A stretch of 61,424 nucleotides of DNA, the filler included, from Nemertoderma westbladi (lineage: Eukaryota; Animalia; Xenacoelomorpha): the NCBI GenBank assembly GCA_032718475.1. It is 3 parts of 3 records of this genome, joined end to end, with 100 filler letters (N's around TTAATTAATTAA, not from the genome) between each part and the next. Parts side by side here need not be neighbours in the genome. Positions count along the whole stretch, not along the records: positions 1 to 28,627 come from JAUCBJ010005119.1; positions 28,728 to 52,100 come from JAUCBJ010005149.1; 1 more part is not named here. The stretch is one strand, 5' to 3'. Below the pieces are notes generated by a model. The model did not search any database. It worked only from the letters and a program-made list of their open reading frames with translations, and had not been told where the DNA came from. Each line of letters begins with the position of its first letter. Position 1 is the first letter of the stretch. Positions 26,905 to 39,420 of the stretch are shown here, one piece after another. The translations under genes and the position numbers were made by a program.

Positions 26905-27955
26905 CAAGGTGTACTAAATAACAGGTCATGCAGCGAGCGAATTGCTGAAATTAGCGGAGGCCGATCGTTTCCCTATTTATGACACTATTTTCATAATATT
27001 TTCTTAGAAACTTCTTATGTGCAACTTTGGTTAGATGGATATGATGACTAAGATTCATAGCAATGTAATAAATGTGTTTCTGGAATTTTTATCTTGTAGT
27101 TGCCAAGGTAACCGGGTTGCAAATTTCAAACTTTGCGTGCCTGTATTTCAAGGCGACAATGGATTCTTCCCTTGAGATTTGGTAGGTGAGTAAAGGGAAT
27201 ACAAGTCTACAAAATATTTTACATTTGAATTTGTTTACATTCCCGTTGCCATGGAAATAAGTAGAATGAAAAATTTAAAAATTGTCTACTAATTCTATAA
27301 AACACCATTTTTATTCGGTTTGTCAGTCTAAATAATAAGTTAAGATTGCCAACATTTTATTTTATAATTCATCAATTGTGAATCATATTTCTAAAAGTCA
27401 ATATTTGCAAATAAACTAAACTGTCCAATCAGAGAGCAAGACATGTAATAGCATGATTTTGACGTTCCAGAATATTAAATTTCGGTTAGCAAATATTAGA
27501 AATAAAGGTCAGCCACCAGGCATGCATGTTGGAAATTATATAAGTAGTAAATAGTAGCCCAATTTCAATCTGGCGGTCATAATGGGAAATTATCGTAATT
27601 CCCGTCACCATGGAAACGGGATTGAAAAATAAATTAAATGGAAAATAATTTGATAGACTTTTATTCCCTTTACTCATATACCAAATCTCAAGAACAGAAT
27701 CCCTTGTCGTTTTGAATTACAGACGCTCGACATTTGAACTTTGCACCCGGTTACCTTGGCAACTACAAGATAAAAATTACAGAAAGACATTTTACATTTC
27801 TATGAAGAATAGTCATCATATCCACCTAACCAAAGAAGCACAAAAGAAGTTTCTAAGGAAATATTTTGAAAAAAGTGCCATAAATAGGGAAAAGATCGGC
27901 CTCCGCTAATTTCAGCAATTCGCTCGCTGCATGACGTGTTATTTAGTACACCTTG
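26905..27955. mobile_element. P-element-family foldback MITE
   Basis: CAAGG..CCTTG termini, ~350-bp imperfect TIRs, perfect 8-bp TSD CGTATAAC (26897-26904; 27956-27963). Confidence 0.88.
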
Positions 27956-28627
27956 CGTATAACGCAAAAATTCGCTGGTATGTTTTACCACTTTCACCAC
28001 AATTTTTAAAGTGTATTATTATGTTACGTTGGAAACTGTCATAGTAAATACTCAAATCGCCACAATTTTTGAAATTGTGAACAGCTCACGGACGCACAAA
28101 ACAAATGGCTATAAAAAACTTACGCCCAGGAACCAGAAAGTCTACCCAAGTTTTTTTCACCCATATATGTATGTCCAACTAGGATTCGGTGAGAAACCCC
28201 GTCCACCCCAAAATTCCTACGGGGTCTAAAGCCAGGGACTGGAGTATTATTCTTTTTATGTTTTTTTCTTTAGTTTTAAGTTTTTTTATTAAATTTTTTT
28301 TGGAGTTTTATCACAAAAAATGCTCACACACTGGCTATATACATACAGTACAGTATTATTACTGCAGTGTCTAAGTTCGTCATAAGATGAGTTTCAGCAA
28401 ACCCAATAATTGAAAGAGATTTGCAGATGCTTCCGATGACAGACAGCAACACTTACTAGGACACTTGCTAAACATCAAAGACAGTCAAAACACGAAAAGA
28501 GGCTCACTATTCCGCACCGCAACCGGCTTCAAATATATCAAACGCGGTTGTCCATATTCATATTAATTATTATAACAATAATTAGTTAAATTAAATATGA
28601 TACTGTATAATTACTAGTTATCTAGGT

Positions 28628-28727
28628 NNNNNNNNNNNNNNNNNNNNNNNNNNNNNNNNNNNNNNNNNNNNTTAATTAATTAANNNNNNNNNNNNNNNNN
28701 NNNNNNNNNNNNNNNNNNNNNNNNNNN
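28628..28727. other. Artificial contig spacer (N44-TTAATTAATTAA-N44)
   Basis: Seen directly; all-frame-stop linker. Confidence 0.98.
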
Positions 28728-28820
28728 TGCGATTTATGTATGTTTTATGTATTTTTTATTGTTTAAAATAAATAATATGTCGTGCAAATTGACGTGTCTT
28801 ATCAAGTATGAAAGATTTGG

Positions 28821-29542
28821 GGTGCTACTTCGTCATGTCGACACCCCCCTGCTATTTTTTTACCTGTCACTTTTTGTGTGTTTTTGGTGTTTTTTTTATA
28901 TTGATGAATGTTCTAGAACATTAGTAGATTTTTTTTTATGGTAGCTAGTGTTTTTTTTACTAGCTAGTTTTTATTAAATTGTAAAGTTACGGTATTTTTT
29001 TTATTTTTGTTATTGCTATTTATTAACCAATTTTTTTTATCACTTTTTTACGAATTTTAATGGTATTTTAGTATGGTACTGTAGCTAGTATTTTTATTAT
29101 CTTTTTGTTATGTTTTAGGCCTAGTTATTATGTTTCATCCATTATTAATGAAGTATATTTAGTTACGGAATATATGTAACAACATGATTTGCATTTAAAC
29201 TCATTGTTACCATGGTTTTTTTACATTTGTTTTCTAGAATTGTTGTTTACGTTTACGAAGAGAAAGCATATGGTTGATAGTATTTTATTGAAAGGACTAG
29301 AGTATTACAGTATTACGCCAGAACATTACAAGACAAGGTCTTTATAATCCCAACGTGTGTTGAGATTGTCAATTTGAGGCATAAAAGTAAAATTTTTTAT
29401 ATTAAAAAAACACTAGCTACCATAAAAAAAAATTGTACTAATGTTCTAGAACATTCACCAATATCAAAAAATCATTTTAAAACACAAAATAGTGACAGGT
29501 AAAAAAGATTGGTCACGGGTGTCGTCATGACGAAGTAGTACC
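28821..29542. mobile_element. Merlin-like MITE with long TIRs
   Basis: ggtgctacttcgtcatg / catgacgaagtagtacc termini, ~140-bp TIRs, perfect 8-bp TSD AGATTTGG. Confidence 0.8.
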
Positions 29543-29854
29543 AGATTTGGAGTGTTGTTTTATAAAACGTTTCTGTGAGAATATTTTCGAATAGTTCATT
29601 GAGCCAGTTGATAGTTTGGATCATTCGGATTTAAAGTACTGAAGTAAAAAAAACATCAAAATTTTTTTGTTCCAAATTTTGGCTAAAACAGAAATCAAAG
29701 TTTAGTAATATATTAAGAAACAATGACAAATATTGCTAGCTAATTAGTAGAATATAACTATGCGTGACCATAGTAACAAAATTCAGTATTGCAAAAACCA
29801 TTTGCTATAGAAAACGCATAGAATAGGTATCATCAAGGCCGTTTCTTGTTTCTG

Positions 29855-30118
29855 AAACTTGTTGCTAGACCCCCTCACACACAGAAACTTGTTGCTGGAC
29901 CCCCTCACACACAGAAATTTGTTGCTGGACCCCCTCACACACAGAAACTTGTTGCTGGACCCCCCACACACAGAAACTTGTTGCTGGACCCCCTTACACA
30001 CAGAAACTTGTTGCTGGAACCCCACACACACAGAAACTTGTTGCTGGCCCCCCTTATACACAGAAAATTGTTGCTGGACCCCCTCACACACAGAAACTTG
30101 TTGCTGGACCCCCTCACT
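29855..30118 (-). repeat. ~30-bp satellite, inverted block (~9 units)
   Basis: aaacttgttgctggaccccctcacacacag repeats, the reverse complement of the large array. Confidence 0.95.
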
Positions 30119-30200
30119 CATTAAATAATTTATAATATAAATAATTAATTAAATAAATTACTAACTAACTAGTTAGTAATTTATTAAAAAGAAACCTTAA

Positions 30201-33200
30201 AAAGTTTCTGTGTGTGAGAAGTCCAGCAACAAGTTTATGTGTGTGAGGGGGTCCAGCAACAAGTTTCTGTGTGAAAGGGGGTCCAGCAACAAATTTCTGT
30301 GTGTGAGGGGTCCAGCAACAAGTGTCTGTGTGTGAGGGGGTCCAGCAACAAGTTTCTGTGTGTGAGGGCTCCAGCAACAAGTTTCTGTGTGAAAGGGGGT
30401 CCAGCAACAAGTTTCTGTGTGTGAGGGGGTCCAGCAACAAGTTTCTGTGTGTGAGGGGGTCCAGCAACAAGTTTCTGTGTATGAGGGGATCCAGCAACAA
30501 GTTTCTGTGTGAAAGGGGGTCCAGCAACAAGTTTCTGTATGTGAGGGGGTCCATCAACAAGTTTCTCTGTGTGTGTGAGGGGGTCCAGCAACAAGTTTCT
30601 GTATGTGAGGGGGTCCAGCAACAAGTTTCTGTGTGAAAGGGGGTCCAGTAACAAGTTTCTGTGTGTGAGGGGTCCATCAACAAGTTTCTGTGTGTAAGGG
30701 GGTCCAGCAACAAGTTTCTGTGTGTGAGGGGTCCAGCAACAAGTTTCTGTGTGTGAGGGGTCCAGCAACAAGTTTCTGTGTGTAAGGGGTTCCAGCAACA
30801 CGTTTCTGTGTGTGAGGGGGTCCAGCAACAAGTTTCTGTGTGTGAGGAGTCCAGCAACAAGTTTCTGTGTGTGAGAAGTCCAGCAACAAGTTTATGTGTG
30901 TGAGGGGGTCCAGCAACAAGTTTCTGTGTGAAAGGGGGTCCAGTAACAAATTTCTGTGTGTGAGGGGTCCAGCAACAAGTTTCTGTGTGTGAGGGGGTCC
31001 ATCAACAAGTTTCTGTGTGTGAGGGCTCCAGCAACAATTTTCTGTGTGAAAGGGGGTCCAGTAACAAGTTTCTGTGTGTGAGGGGGTCCAGCAACAAGTT
31101 TCTGTGTGTGAGGGGGTCCAGCAACAAGTTTCTGTGTATGAGGGGATCCAGCAACAAGTTTCTGTGTGAAAGGGGGTCCAGCAACAAGTTTCTGTATGTG
31201 AGGGGGTCCATCAACAAGTTTCTCTGTGTGTGTGAGGGGGTCCAGCAACAAGTTTCTGTATGTGAGGGGGTCCAGCAACAAGTTTCTGTGTGAAAGGGGG
31301 TCCAGTAACAAGTTTCTGTGTGTGAGGGGTCCATCAACAAGTTTATGTGTGTGTGTAAGGGGGTCCAGCAACAAGTTTCTGTGTGTGAGGGGGTCCAGCA
31401 ACAAGTTTCTGTGTGTAAGGGGGTCCAGCAACAAGTTTCTGTTTGTGAGGGGGTCCATCAACAAGTTTCTGTGTGTGAGGGCTCCAGCAACAAGTTTCTG
31501 TATGAAAGGGGGTCCAGCAACAGGTTTCTGTATGTGAGGGAGTCCAGCAACAAGTTTCTGTGTGTGAGGGGGTCCAGCAACAAGTTTCTGTGTGTGAGGG
31601 GGTCCAGCAACAAGTTTCTGTGTGTAAGGGGGTCCAGCAACAAGTTTCTGTGTGTGAGGGGGTCCAGCAACAAGTGTCTGTGTGTGGGGGGGTCCAGCAA
31701 CAAGTGTCTGTGGGTGGGGGGGTCCGGCAACAAGTTTCTGTGTGTGATGGGGGGCCAGCAACAAGTTTCTGTGTGTGATGGGGGGCCAGCAACAAGTTTC
31801 TGTGTATGAGGGGGTCCAGCAACAAGTTTCTGTGTGTGAGGGGGTCCAGCAACAAGTTTCTGTGTGTAAGGGGGTCCAGCAACAAGTGTCTGTGTGTGGG
31901 GGGGTCCGGCAACAAGTTTCTGTGTATGAGGGGGTCCAGCAACAAGTTTCTGTGTGTGAGGGGGTCCAGCATCAAGTTTCTGTGTGTGAGGGGGTCCAGC
32001 AACAAGTTTCTGTGTGTAAGGGGGTCCAGCAACAAGTTTCTGTGTGTGTGGGGGTCCAGCAACAAGTTTCTGTGTGTGATGGGGGGCCAGCAACAAGTTT
32101 CTGTGTGTGAGAAGTCCAGCAACAAGTTTATGTGTGTGAGGGGGTCCAGCAACAAGTTTCTGTGTGAAAGGGGGTCCAGTAACAAATTTCTGTGTGTGAG
32201 GGGTCCAGCAACAAGTTTCTGTGTGTGAGGGGGTCCATCAACAAGTTTCTGTGTGTGAGGGCTCCAGCAACAATTTTCTGTGTGAAAGGGGGTCCAGTAA
32301 CAAGTTTCTGTGTGTGAGGGGGTCCAGCAACAAGTTTCTGTGTGTGAGGGGGTCCAGCAACAAGTTTCTGTGTATGAGGGGATCCAGCAACAAGTTTCTG
32401 TGTGAAAGGGGGTCCAGCAACAAGTTTCTGTATGTGAGGGGGTCCATCAACAAGTTTCTCTGTGTGTGTGAGGGGGTCCAGCAACAAGTTTCTGTATGTG
32501 AGGGGGTCCAGCAACAAGTTTCTGTGTGAAAGGGGGTCCAGTAACAAGTTTCTGTGTGTGAGGGGTCCATCAACAAGTTTCTGTGTGTAAGGGGGTCCAG
32601 CAACAAGTTTCTGTGTGTGAGGGGTCCAGCAACAAGTTTCTGTGTGTGAGGGGTCCAGCAACAAGTTTCTGTGTGTAAGGGGTTCCAGCAACACGTTTCT
32701 GTGTGTGAGGGGGTCCAGCAACAAGTTTCTGTGTGTGAGGAGTCCAGCAACAAGTTTCTGTGTGTGAGAAGTCCAGCAACAAGTTTATGTGTGTGAGGGG
32801 GTCCAGCAACAAGTTTCTGTGTGAAAGGGGGTCCAGTAACAAATTTCTGTGTGTGAGGGGTCCAGCAACAAGTTTCTGTGTGTGAGGGGGTCCATCAACA
32901 AGTTTCTGTGTGTGAGGGCTCCAGCAACAATTTTCTGTGTGAAAGGGGGTCCAGTAACAAGTTTCTGTGTGTGAGGGGGTCCAGCAACAAGTTTCTGTGT
33001 GTGAGGGGGTCCAGCAACAAGTTTCTGTGTATGAGGGGATCCAGCAACAAGTTTCTGTGTGAAAGGGGGTCCAGCAACAAGTTTCTGTATGTGAGGGGGT
33101 CCATCAACAAGTTTCTCTGTGTGTGTGAGGGGGTCCAGCAACAAGTTTCTGTATGTGAGGGGGTCCAGCAACAAGTTTCTGTGTGAAAGGGGGTCCAGTA

Positions 33201-36200
33201 ACAAGTTTCTGTGTGTGAGGGGTCCATCAACAAGTTTATGTGTGTGTGTAAGGGGGTCCAGCAACAAGTTTCTGTGTGTGAGGGGGTCCAGCAACAAGTT
33301 TCTGTGTGTAAGGGGGTCCAGCAACAAGTTTCTGTGTGTGAGGGGGTCCATCAACAAGTTTCTGTGTGTGAGGGCTCCAGCAACAAGTTTCTGTATGAAA
33401 GGGGGTCCAGCAACAGGTTTCTGTATGTGAGGGAGTCCAGCAACAAGTTTCTGTGTGTGAGGGGTCCATCAACAAGTTTATGTGTGTGTGTAAGGGGGTC
33501 CAGCAACAAGTTTCTGTGTGTGAGGGGGTCCAGCAACAAGTTTCTGTGTGTAAGGGGGTCCAGCAAAAAGTTTCTGTGTGTGAGGGGGTCCATCAACAAG
33601 TTTCTGTGTGTGAGGGCTCCAGCAACAAGTTTCTGTGTGTGAGGGGTCCAGCAACAAGTTTCTGTGTGTAAGGGGGTCCAGCAACAAGTTTCTGTGTGTG
33701 GGGACTCTAGCAACAAGTTTCTGTGTGTGAGGGGGTCCAGCAACAAGTTTCTGTGTGTGAGGGGGTCCAGCAACAAGTTTCTGTGTGTAAGGGGGTCCAG
33801 CAACAAGTTTCTGTGTGTGAGGGGTCCAGCAACAAGTTTCTGTGTGTGAGGGGTCCAGCAACAAGTTTCTGTGTGTAAGGGGGTCCAGCAACACGTTTCT
33901 GTGTGTGAGGGGGTCCAGCAACAAGTTTCTGTGTGTGAGGAGTCCAGCAACAAGTTTCTGTGTGTGAGAAGTCCAGCAACAAGTTTATGTGTATGAGGGG
34001 GTCCAGCAATAAGTTTCTGTGTGAAAGGGGGTCCAGTAACAAATTTCTGTGTGTGAGGGGTCCAGCAACAAGTTTCTGTGTGTGAGAGGGTCCAGCAACA
34101 AGTTTCTTTGTGTGAGGGGGTCCAGCAACAAGTTTCTGTGTGTGAGGGGGTCCATCAACAAGTTTCTGTGTGTGAGGGCTCCAGCAACAATTTTCTGTGT
34201 GAAAGGGGGTCCAGTAACAAGTTTCTGTGTGTGAGGGGTCCATCAACAAGTTTATGTGTGTGAGGGGGACCAGCAACAAGTTTCTGTGTGTAAGGGGGTC
34301 CAGCAACAAGTTTCTGTGTGTGAGGGGGTCCATCAACAAGTTTCTGTGTGTGAGGGGGGTCCAGCAACAAGTTCCTGTGTGTGAGGGGGTCCAGCAACAA
34401 GTTTCTGTGTGTGAGGGGATCCAGTAACAAGTTTCTGTGTGTGAGGGGGTCCAGCAACAAGTTTCTGTGTATGAGGGGGTCCAGCAACATAGTTTCTGTG
34501 TGTAAGGGGGTCCAGCAACAAGTTTCTGTGTATGAGGGGGTCCAGCAACAAGTTTCTGTGTGTGTGTGAGGGGGTCCAGCAACAAGTTTCTGTATGTGAG
34601 GGGGTCCAGCAACAAGTTTCTGTGTGAAAGGGGGTCCAGTAACAAGTTTCTGTGTGTGAGGGGTCCATCAACAAGTTTATGTGTGTGTGTAAGGGGGTCC
34701 AGCAACAAGTTTCTGTGTGTGAGGGGGCCAGCAACAAGTTTCTGTGTGTAAGGGGGTCCAGCAACAAGTTTCTGTGTGTGAGGGGGTCCAGCAACAAGTT
34801 TCTGTGTGTGAGGGGGTCCATCAACAAGTTTCTGTGTGTAAGGGGGTCCAGCAACAAGTTTCTGTGTGTGAGGGGGTCCAGCAACAAGTTTCTGTGTGTG
34901 AGGGGGTCCATCAACAAGTTTCTGTGTGTGAGGGGTCCATCAACAAGTTTATGTGTGTGAGGGGGACCAGCAACAAGTTTCTGTGTGTAAGGGGGTCCAG
35001 CAACAAGTTTCTGTGTGTGAGGGGGTCCATCAACAAGTTTCTGTGTGTGAGGGGGGTCCAGCAACAAGTTCCTGTGTGTGAGGGGGTCCAGCAACAAGTT
35101 TCTGTGTGTGAGGGGGTCCAGCAACAAGTTTCTGTGTATGAGGGGATCCAGCAACAAGTTTCTGTGTGAAAGGGGGTCCAGCAACAAGTTTCTGTGTGTG
35201 AGGGGGTCCATCAACAAGTTTCTGTGTGTGTGTGAGGGGGTCCAGCAACAAGTTTCTGTATGTGAGGGGGTCCAGCAACAAGTTTCTGTGTGAAAGGGGG
35301 TCCAGTAACAAGTTTCTGTGTGTGAGGGGTCCATCAACAAGTTTATGTGTGTGTGTAAGGGGGTCCAGCAACAAGTTTCTGTGTGTGAGGGGGCCAGCAA
35401 CAAGTTTCTGTGTGTAAGGGGGTCCAGCAACAAGTTTCTGTGTGTGAGGGGGTCCAGCAACAAGTTTCTGTGTGTGAGGGCGTCCAGCAACAAGTTTCTG
35501 TGTGTGAGGGGCTCCAGCAACAGGTTTCTGTATGTGAAAGGGGGTCCAGCAACAAGTTTCTGTGTGTGAGGGAGTCCAGCAACACGTTTCTGTGTGTGCG
35601 TAAGGGGGTCCAGCAACAAGTTTCTGTGTGTGAGGGGGGTCCAGCAACAAGTTTCTGTGTGTGAGGGGGGTCCAGCAACAAGTTTCTGTGTGCGAGGGGG
35701 TCCAATCAACAAGTTTCTGTGTGTGAGGGCGTCCAGCAACAAGTTTCTGTGTGTGAGGGGGTCCGGCAACAAGTTTCTGTGTGTAAGGGGGTCCAGCAAC
35801 AAGTTTCTGTGTGCGAGGGGGTCCAACAACAAGTTTCTGTATGTGAGGGAGTCCAGCAACAAGTTTCTGTGTGCGAGGGGGTCCAACAACAAGTTTATGT
35901 ATGTGAGGGGGTCCAACAACAAGTTTCTGTGTGCGAGGGGGTCCAACAACAAGTTTCTGTGTGCGAGGGGGTCCAATAACAAGTTTCTGTATGTGAGGGG
36001 GTCCAACAACAAGTTTCTGTGTGTGAGGGGGTCCAGCAACAAGTTTCTGTGTGTGAGGGAATCCAGCAACAAGTTTCTGTATGTGAGGGGGTCCAACAAC
36101 AAGTTTATGTATGTGAGGGGGTCCAACAACAAGTTTCTGTGTGCGAGGGGGTCCATCAACAAGTTTCTGTGTGTGTTTGAGGGGGTCCAGCAACAAGTTT

Positions 36201-36960
36201 CTGTGTGTGAGGGGGTCCAGCAACAAGTTTCTGTGTGCGAGGGGGTCCAGCAACAAGTTTCTGTGTGTGAGGGGGTCCAGCAACAAGTTTCTGTGTGTGA
36301 GGGCGTCCAGCAACAAGTTTCTGTGTGTGAGGGGGTCCAGCAACAAGTTTCTGTGTGTGAGGGGGTCCATCAACAAGTTTCTGTGTGTGAGGGGGTCCAG
36401 CAACAAGTTTCTGTGTGTGTGTGTGAGGGGGTCCAGCAACAAGTTTCTGTGTGTGAGGGGGTCCATCAACAAGTGTCTGTGTGTGAGGGGGGTCCAGCAA
36501 CAAGTTTCTGTCTGTGTGTGAGGGGGTCCAGCAACAAGTTCCTGTGTGTGAGGGGGTCCAGCAACAAGTTTCTGTGTGTGAGGGGGTCCAGCAACAAGTT
36601 TCTGTGTGTGAGGGGGTCCAGCAACATAGTTTCTGTGTGTGAGGGGGGTCCAGCAACAAGTTCCTGTGTGTGAGGGGGTCCAGCAACAAGTTTCTGTGTG
36701 TGAGGGGGTCCAACAACAAGTTTCTGTGTGTGAGGGGGTCCAACAACAAGTTTCTGTGTGTGAGGGGGGTCCAACAACAAGTTTCTGTGTGTGTGTGAGG
36801 GGGTCCAACAACAAGTTTCTGTGTGTGTGTGAGGGGGTCCAACAACAAGTTTCTGTGTGTGAGGGGGGTCCAACAACAAGTTTCTGTGTGTGTGTGAGGG
36901 GGTCCAACAACAAGTTTCTGTGTGTGTGTGAGGGGTTTCCAACAACAAGTTTCTGTGTCC
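30201..36960 (+). repeat. ~30-bp satellite array (~225 units) with higher-order structure
   Basis: Unit aagtttctgtgtgtgagggggtccagcaac; identical ORF blocks recur at offsets 657 and 1893. Confidence 0.98.
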
Positions 36961-36967
36961 GAGGGTG

Positions 36968-37062
36968 CGGAATACGATGAGGGGTGTCTAGAGAAAAACT
37001 AAATGACAATGTAGCTTACTTTGTCATTTACTTTTTCTCTAGAAACCCTTCATCGTATTCCG
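36968..37062. repeat. ~95-bp hairpin palindrome
   Basis: cggaatacgatgagggg..agagaaaaa.taaatgacaa pairs with ttgtcattta.tttttctctag.aaccc.tcatcgtattccg. Confidence 0.9.
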
Positions 37063-38269
37063 TTGGTTTAGCGAAATATACTGTATTAACGGGGAGCGCG
37101 CCTGATTAATGCTTATTTATTTTGGTGCATAAATTCCCATTTAAAGAATATATTTTTTACGTCTACTTTTGTTATACAGTCCCTAGTCAGCCCTCGTTAC
37201 GGTTTGACTTCTCCAGCGTCTGGCGGCAACCTAAGTAAGTACGTAACGCTAGTTTTGGTCTGAATCTACACATCTACTATCTTCAAATCTACTGTATATT
37301 AAATTCACTACTTATATTACCCTTATAGGCCTAGGCCTTCTGCAGTTTCCATACCTTACTGAAGTACCGGTCACATAAGTACATAACAGTACATACAGTA
37401 CATAAGTACCGTAGGTTTTAACTATATTTTACTGCTCTTATGTAGTTGAATTCAATTTTGGTCCTGACGATACCCCAACGGGGAGAAATAAATTGACCGT
37501 TAATTTACAACAACATTTTAAACTTGGCGATAAACCTCCTGCACCCCCCCCCCCCCCCCCCCCCCACCCCACCCCAACACTTTGGTGTGCTGACATTCGC
37601 AATAATTTCTGTAGGTACCGGTTTATATAATATATAATTTTGTTGCGAGCGACAAAATAGGTGAGCCGTAGCATTTATAGTGGTATCATTCGTGGGTCGG
37701 TCTGTCTGTGCCATTTTTACACGTTGTGGGGTCTTCGAGCAGCACGTGTTAAAATGTTCAATGACTGAGCAGCGACTAATTAACAAATTTATGAGGGATT
37801 CATTGACCAGCTACAGACAGACCAATATTGTGACATATATTTTAGTTTAATGTTTGATTCAATTAAAGGCACAAATTAAAAAGGCTACAAATATATAGGG
37901 TTGAATAATTAAATTAGTCACCCATTAAAAGGTAGGCAAATATAAGTTGCAATCTATATAAATTTTTAAATTCAGTAGTGTGCGTGTGTTGTGTATTGAT
38001 TCCGTAGATTTCATGTTGAAATAGCGTTCATTAACTTAATTTCTATTTAATTATTCAGGCATACTAATACCCACTTTAAATTAGTTCGTGTGTGTTAAGT
38101 GTGTAAGATTTGATTGTTTTGGCACGAACCCATTAGGGCACAGAAACTGACGGATTCTTCGCGAATTTCGCAAACGTCGCGAATTTCGCAAACGTCGCAA
38201 ACTTCGGTAATTTTTTCTACAATTTTGACTCCTTAAGCAAAAGTGTCCCGAATGAGTTTTTTAACTTTT

Positions 38270-38609
38270 ATTTCTTTGTGATTTTGATTGCTTTTTTATA
38301 TTAGTGAATGTTCTAGAACCTTAGTAGATTTTTTATGGTATATAGCTAGTATTTTTTACTAGCTAGTAATTTTTGGAAATTATTTTGGTCATTAATATAT
38401 TCTTCAACAGTTTAACCTGAAATATCATGGACTTTCACATTTTTTATAATTTCTAAAAATACTAGCTAGCAAAAAACACTACCGGTAGCTATCATAAAGA
38501 ACATATCTACTAATGTTCTAGAACTTTCACCAATAACAAAAAAATTTAAAAACTCTAAAAAAGGATTGGTGAAGAATGGCTGGGGTGTCGACAGGGCGAA
38601 GTAGGGACC
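38270..38609. mobile_element. Partial relative of the 28821-29542 MITE family
   Basis: Same gaatgttctagaac / tagctag motifs in inverted arrangement; right end gggtgtcgaca..gcgaagtagggacc. Confidence 0.65.
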
Positions 38610-38869
38610 GTGTTGCTTAACCCCTTAGAGCCTATGACGTCCAGTGCATGTCACCATGGACAACACTAAGACATGCAGTGGACGTCATGCTGCAATACAT
38701 GTTTTATTGGAAGGCTCTTGGTCTAGGTATACTGGTGGATAGTATTAAAGACATTTAGTGCTCTTCATGGCAAAAAATCCATTCTGTACTGTAGATAGGA
38801 TAGGCTTTATTGTAGACTGTATTATCAATGTTAGGTATATGGCGTAATGCCAACCACAGTACAGTAGTA

Positions 38870-39420
38870 CAGACTGACAGTAAGACCGATAGACAGACAG
38901 ACTGGATTTATGTAAACGTGTAAACTGACATCAGAAATGAAATCAGCAACCCTTAACACCTCCATAGCGGGAATGTTGGTTAGTTAGTATACTTTCTTAA
39001 GTTTTGACAGACTGACTGACAGAAAGACCGACAGACCAACAGCCAGACAGACTAGATTTATTAAACGTGAAAACTGACATCTGAAATGAAATCAGCACCC
39101 ATTAAAACCCCCATAACGAGAATGTTAGTTAGTTTGTATTCTTTTTAAAGTTTTGACAGACTGACTGACTGACAGAAAGACCGACAGTCCGACAAACTAG
39201 ATTAATGTAAACCTGAAAACTGACATCAGAAATGAAATCAGCACCCCTTAAAACCCCCATAGCGAGAATGTTAGTTAATTTGAATTATTTTTTATGTTTT
39301 GACAGACTGACTAACAGAATTACCGACAGACAGACAGACTAGATTTATGTAAACGTGAAAACTGACATCAGAAATGTAATCAGCACCCCTTAAAACCCCC
39401 ACAGCGAGAATGTTAGCGAC
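38870..39420 (+). repeat. ~120-bp tandem repeat (~4.5 copies)
   Basis: gacagactagattt..aaacgtgaaaactgacatcagaaatgaaatcagcacccc..aaaacccccatagcgagaatgttag repeated. Confidence 0.92.

Noticed and set aside
28672-28683. TTAATTAATTAA motif inside N runs (also 52145-52156)
   Set aside because: Artificial concatenation linker, not biology.
30201-36960. CRISPR-like regular ~30-bp repeats
   Set aside because: No unique spacers, no cas genes, eukaryotic context.
29783-37009. Dozens of long ORFs (up to 659 aa) in the satellite
   Set aside because: By-products of a stop-poor 30-bp repeat; frames switch at unit indels.
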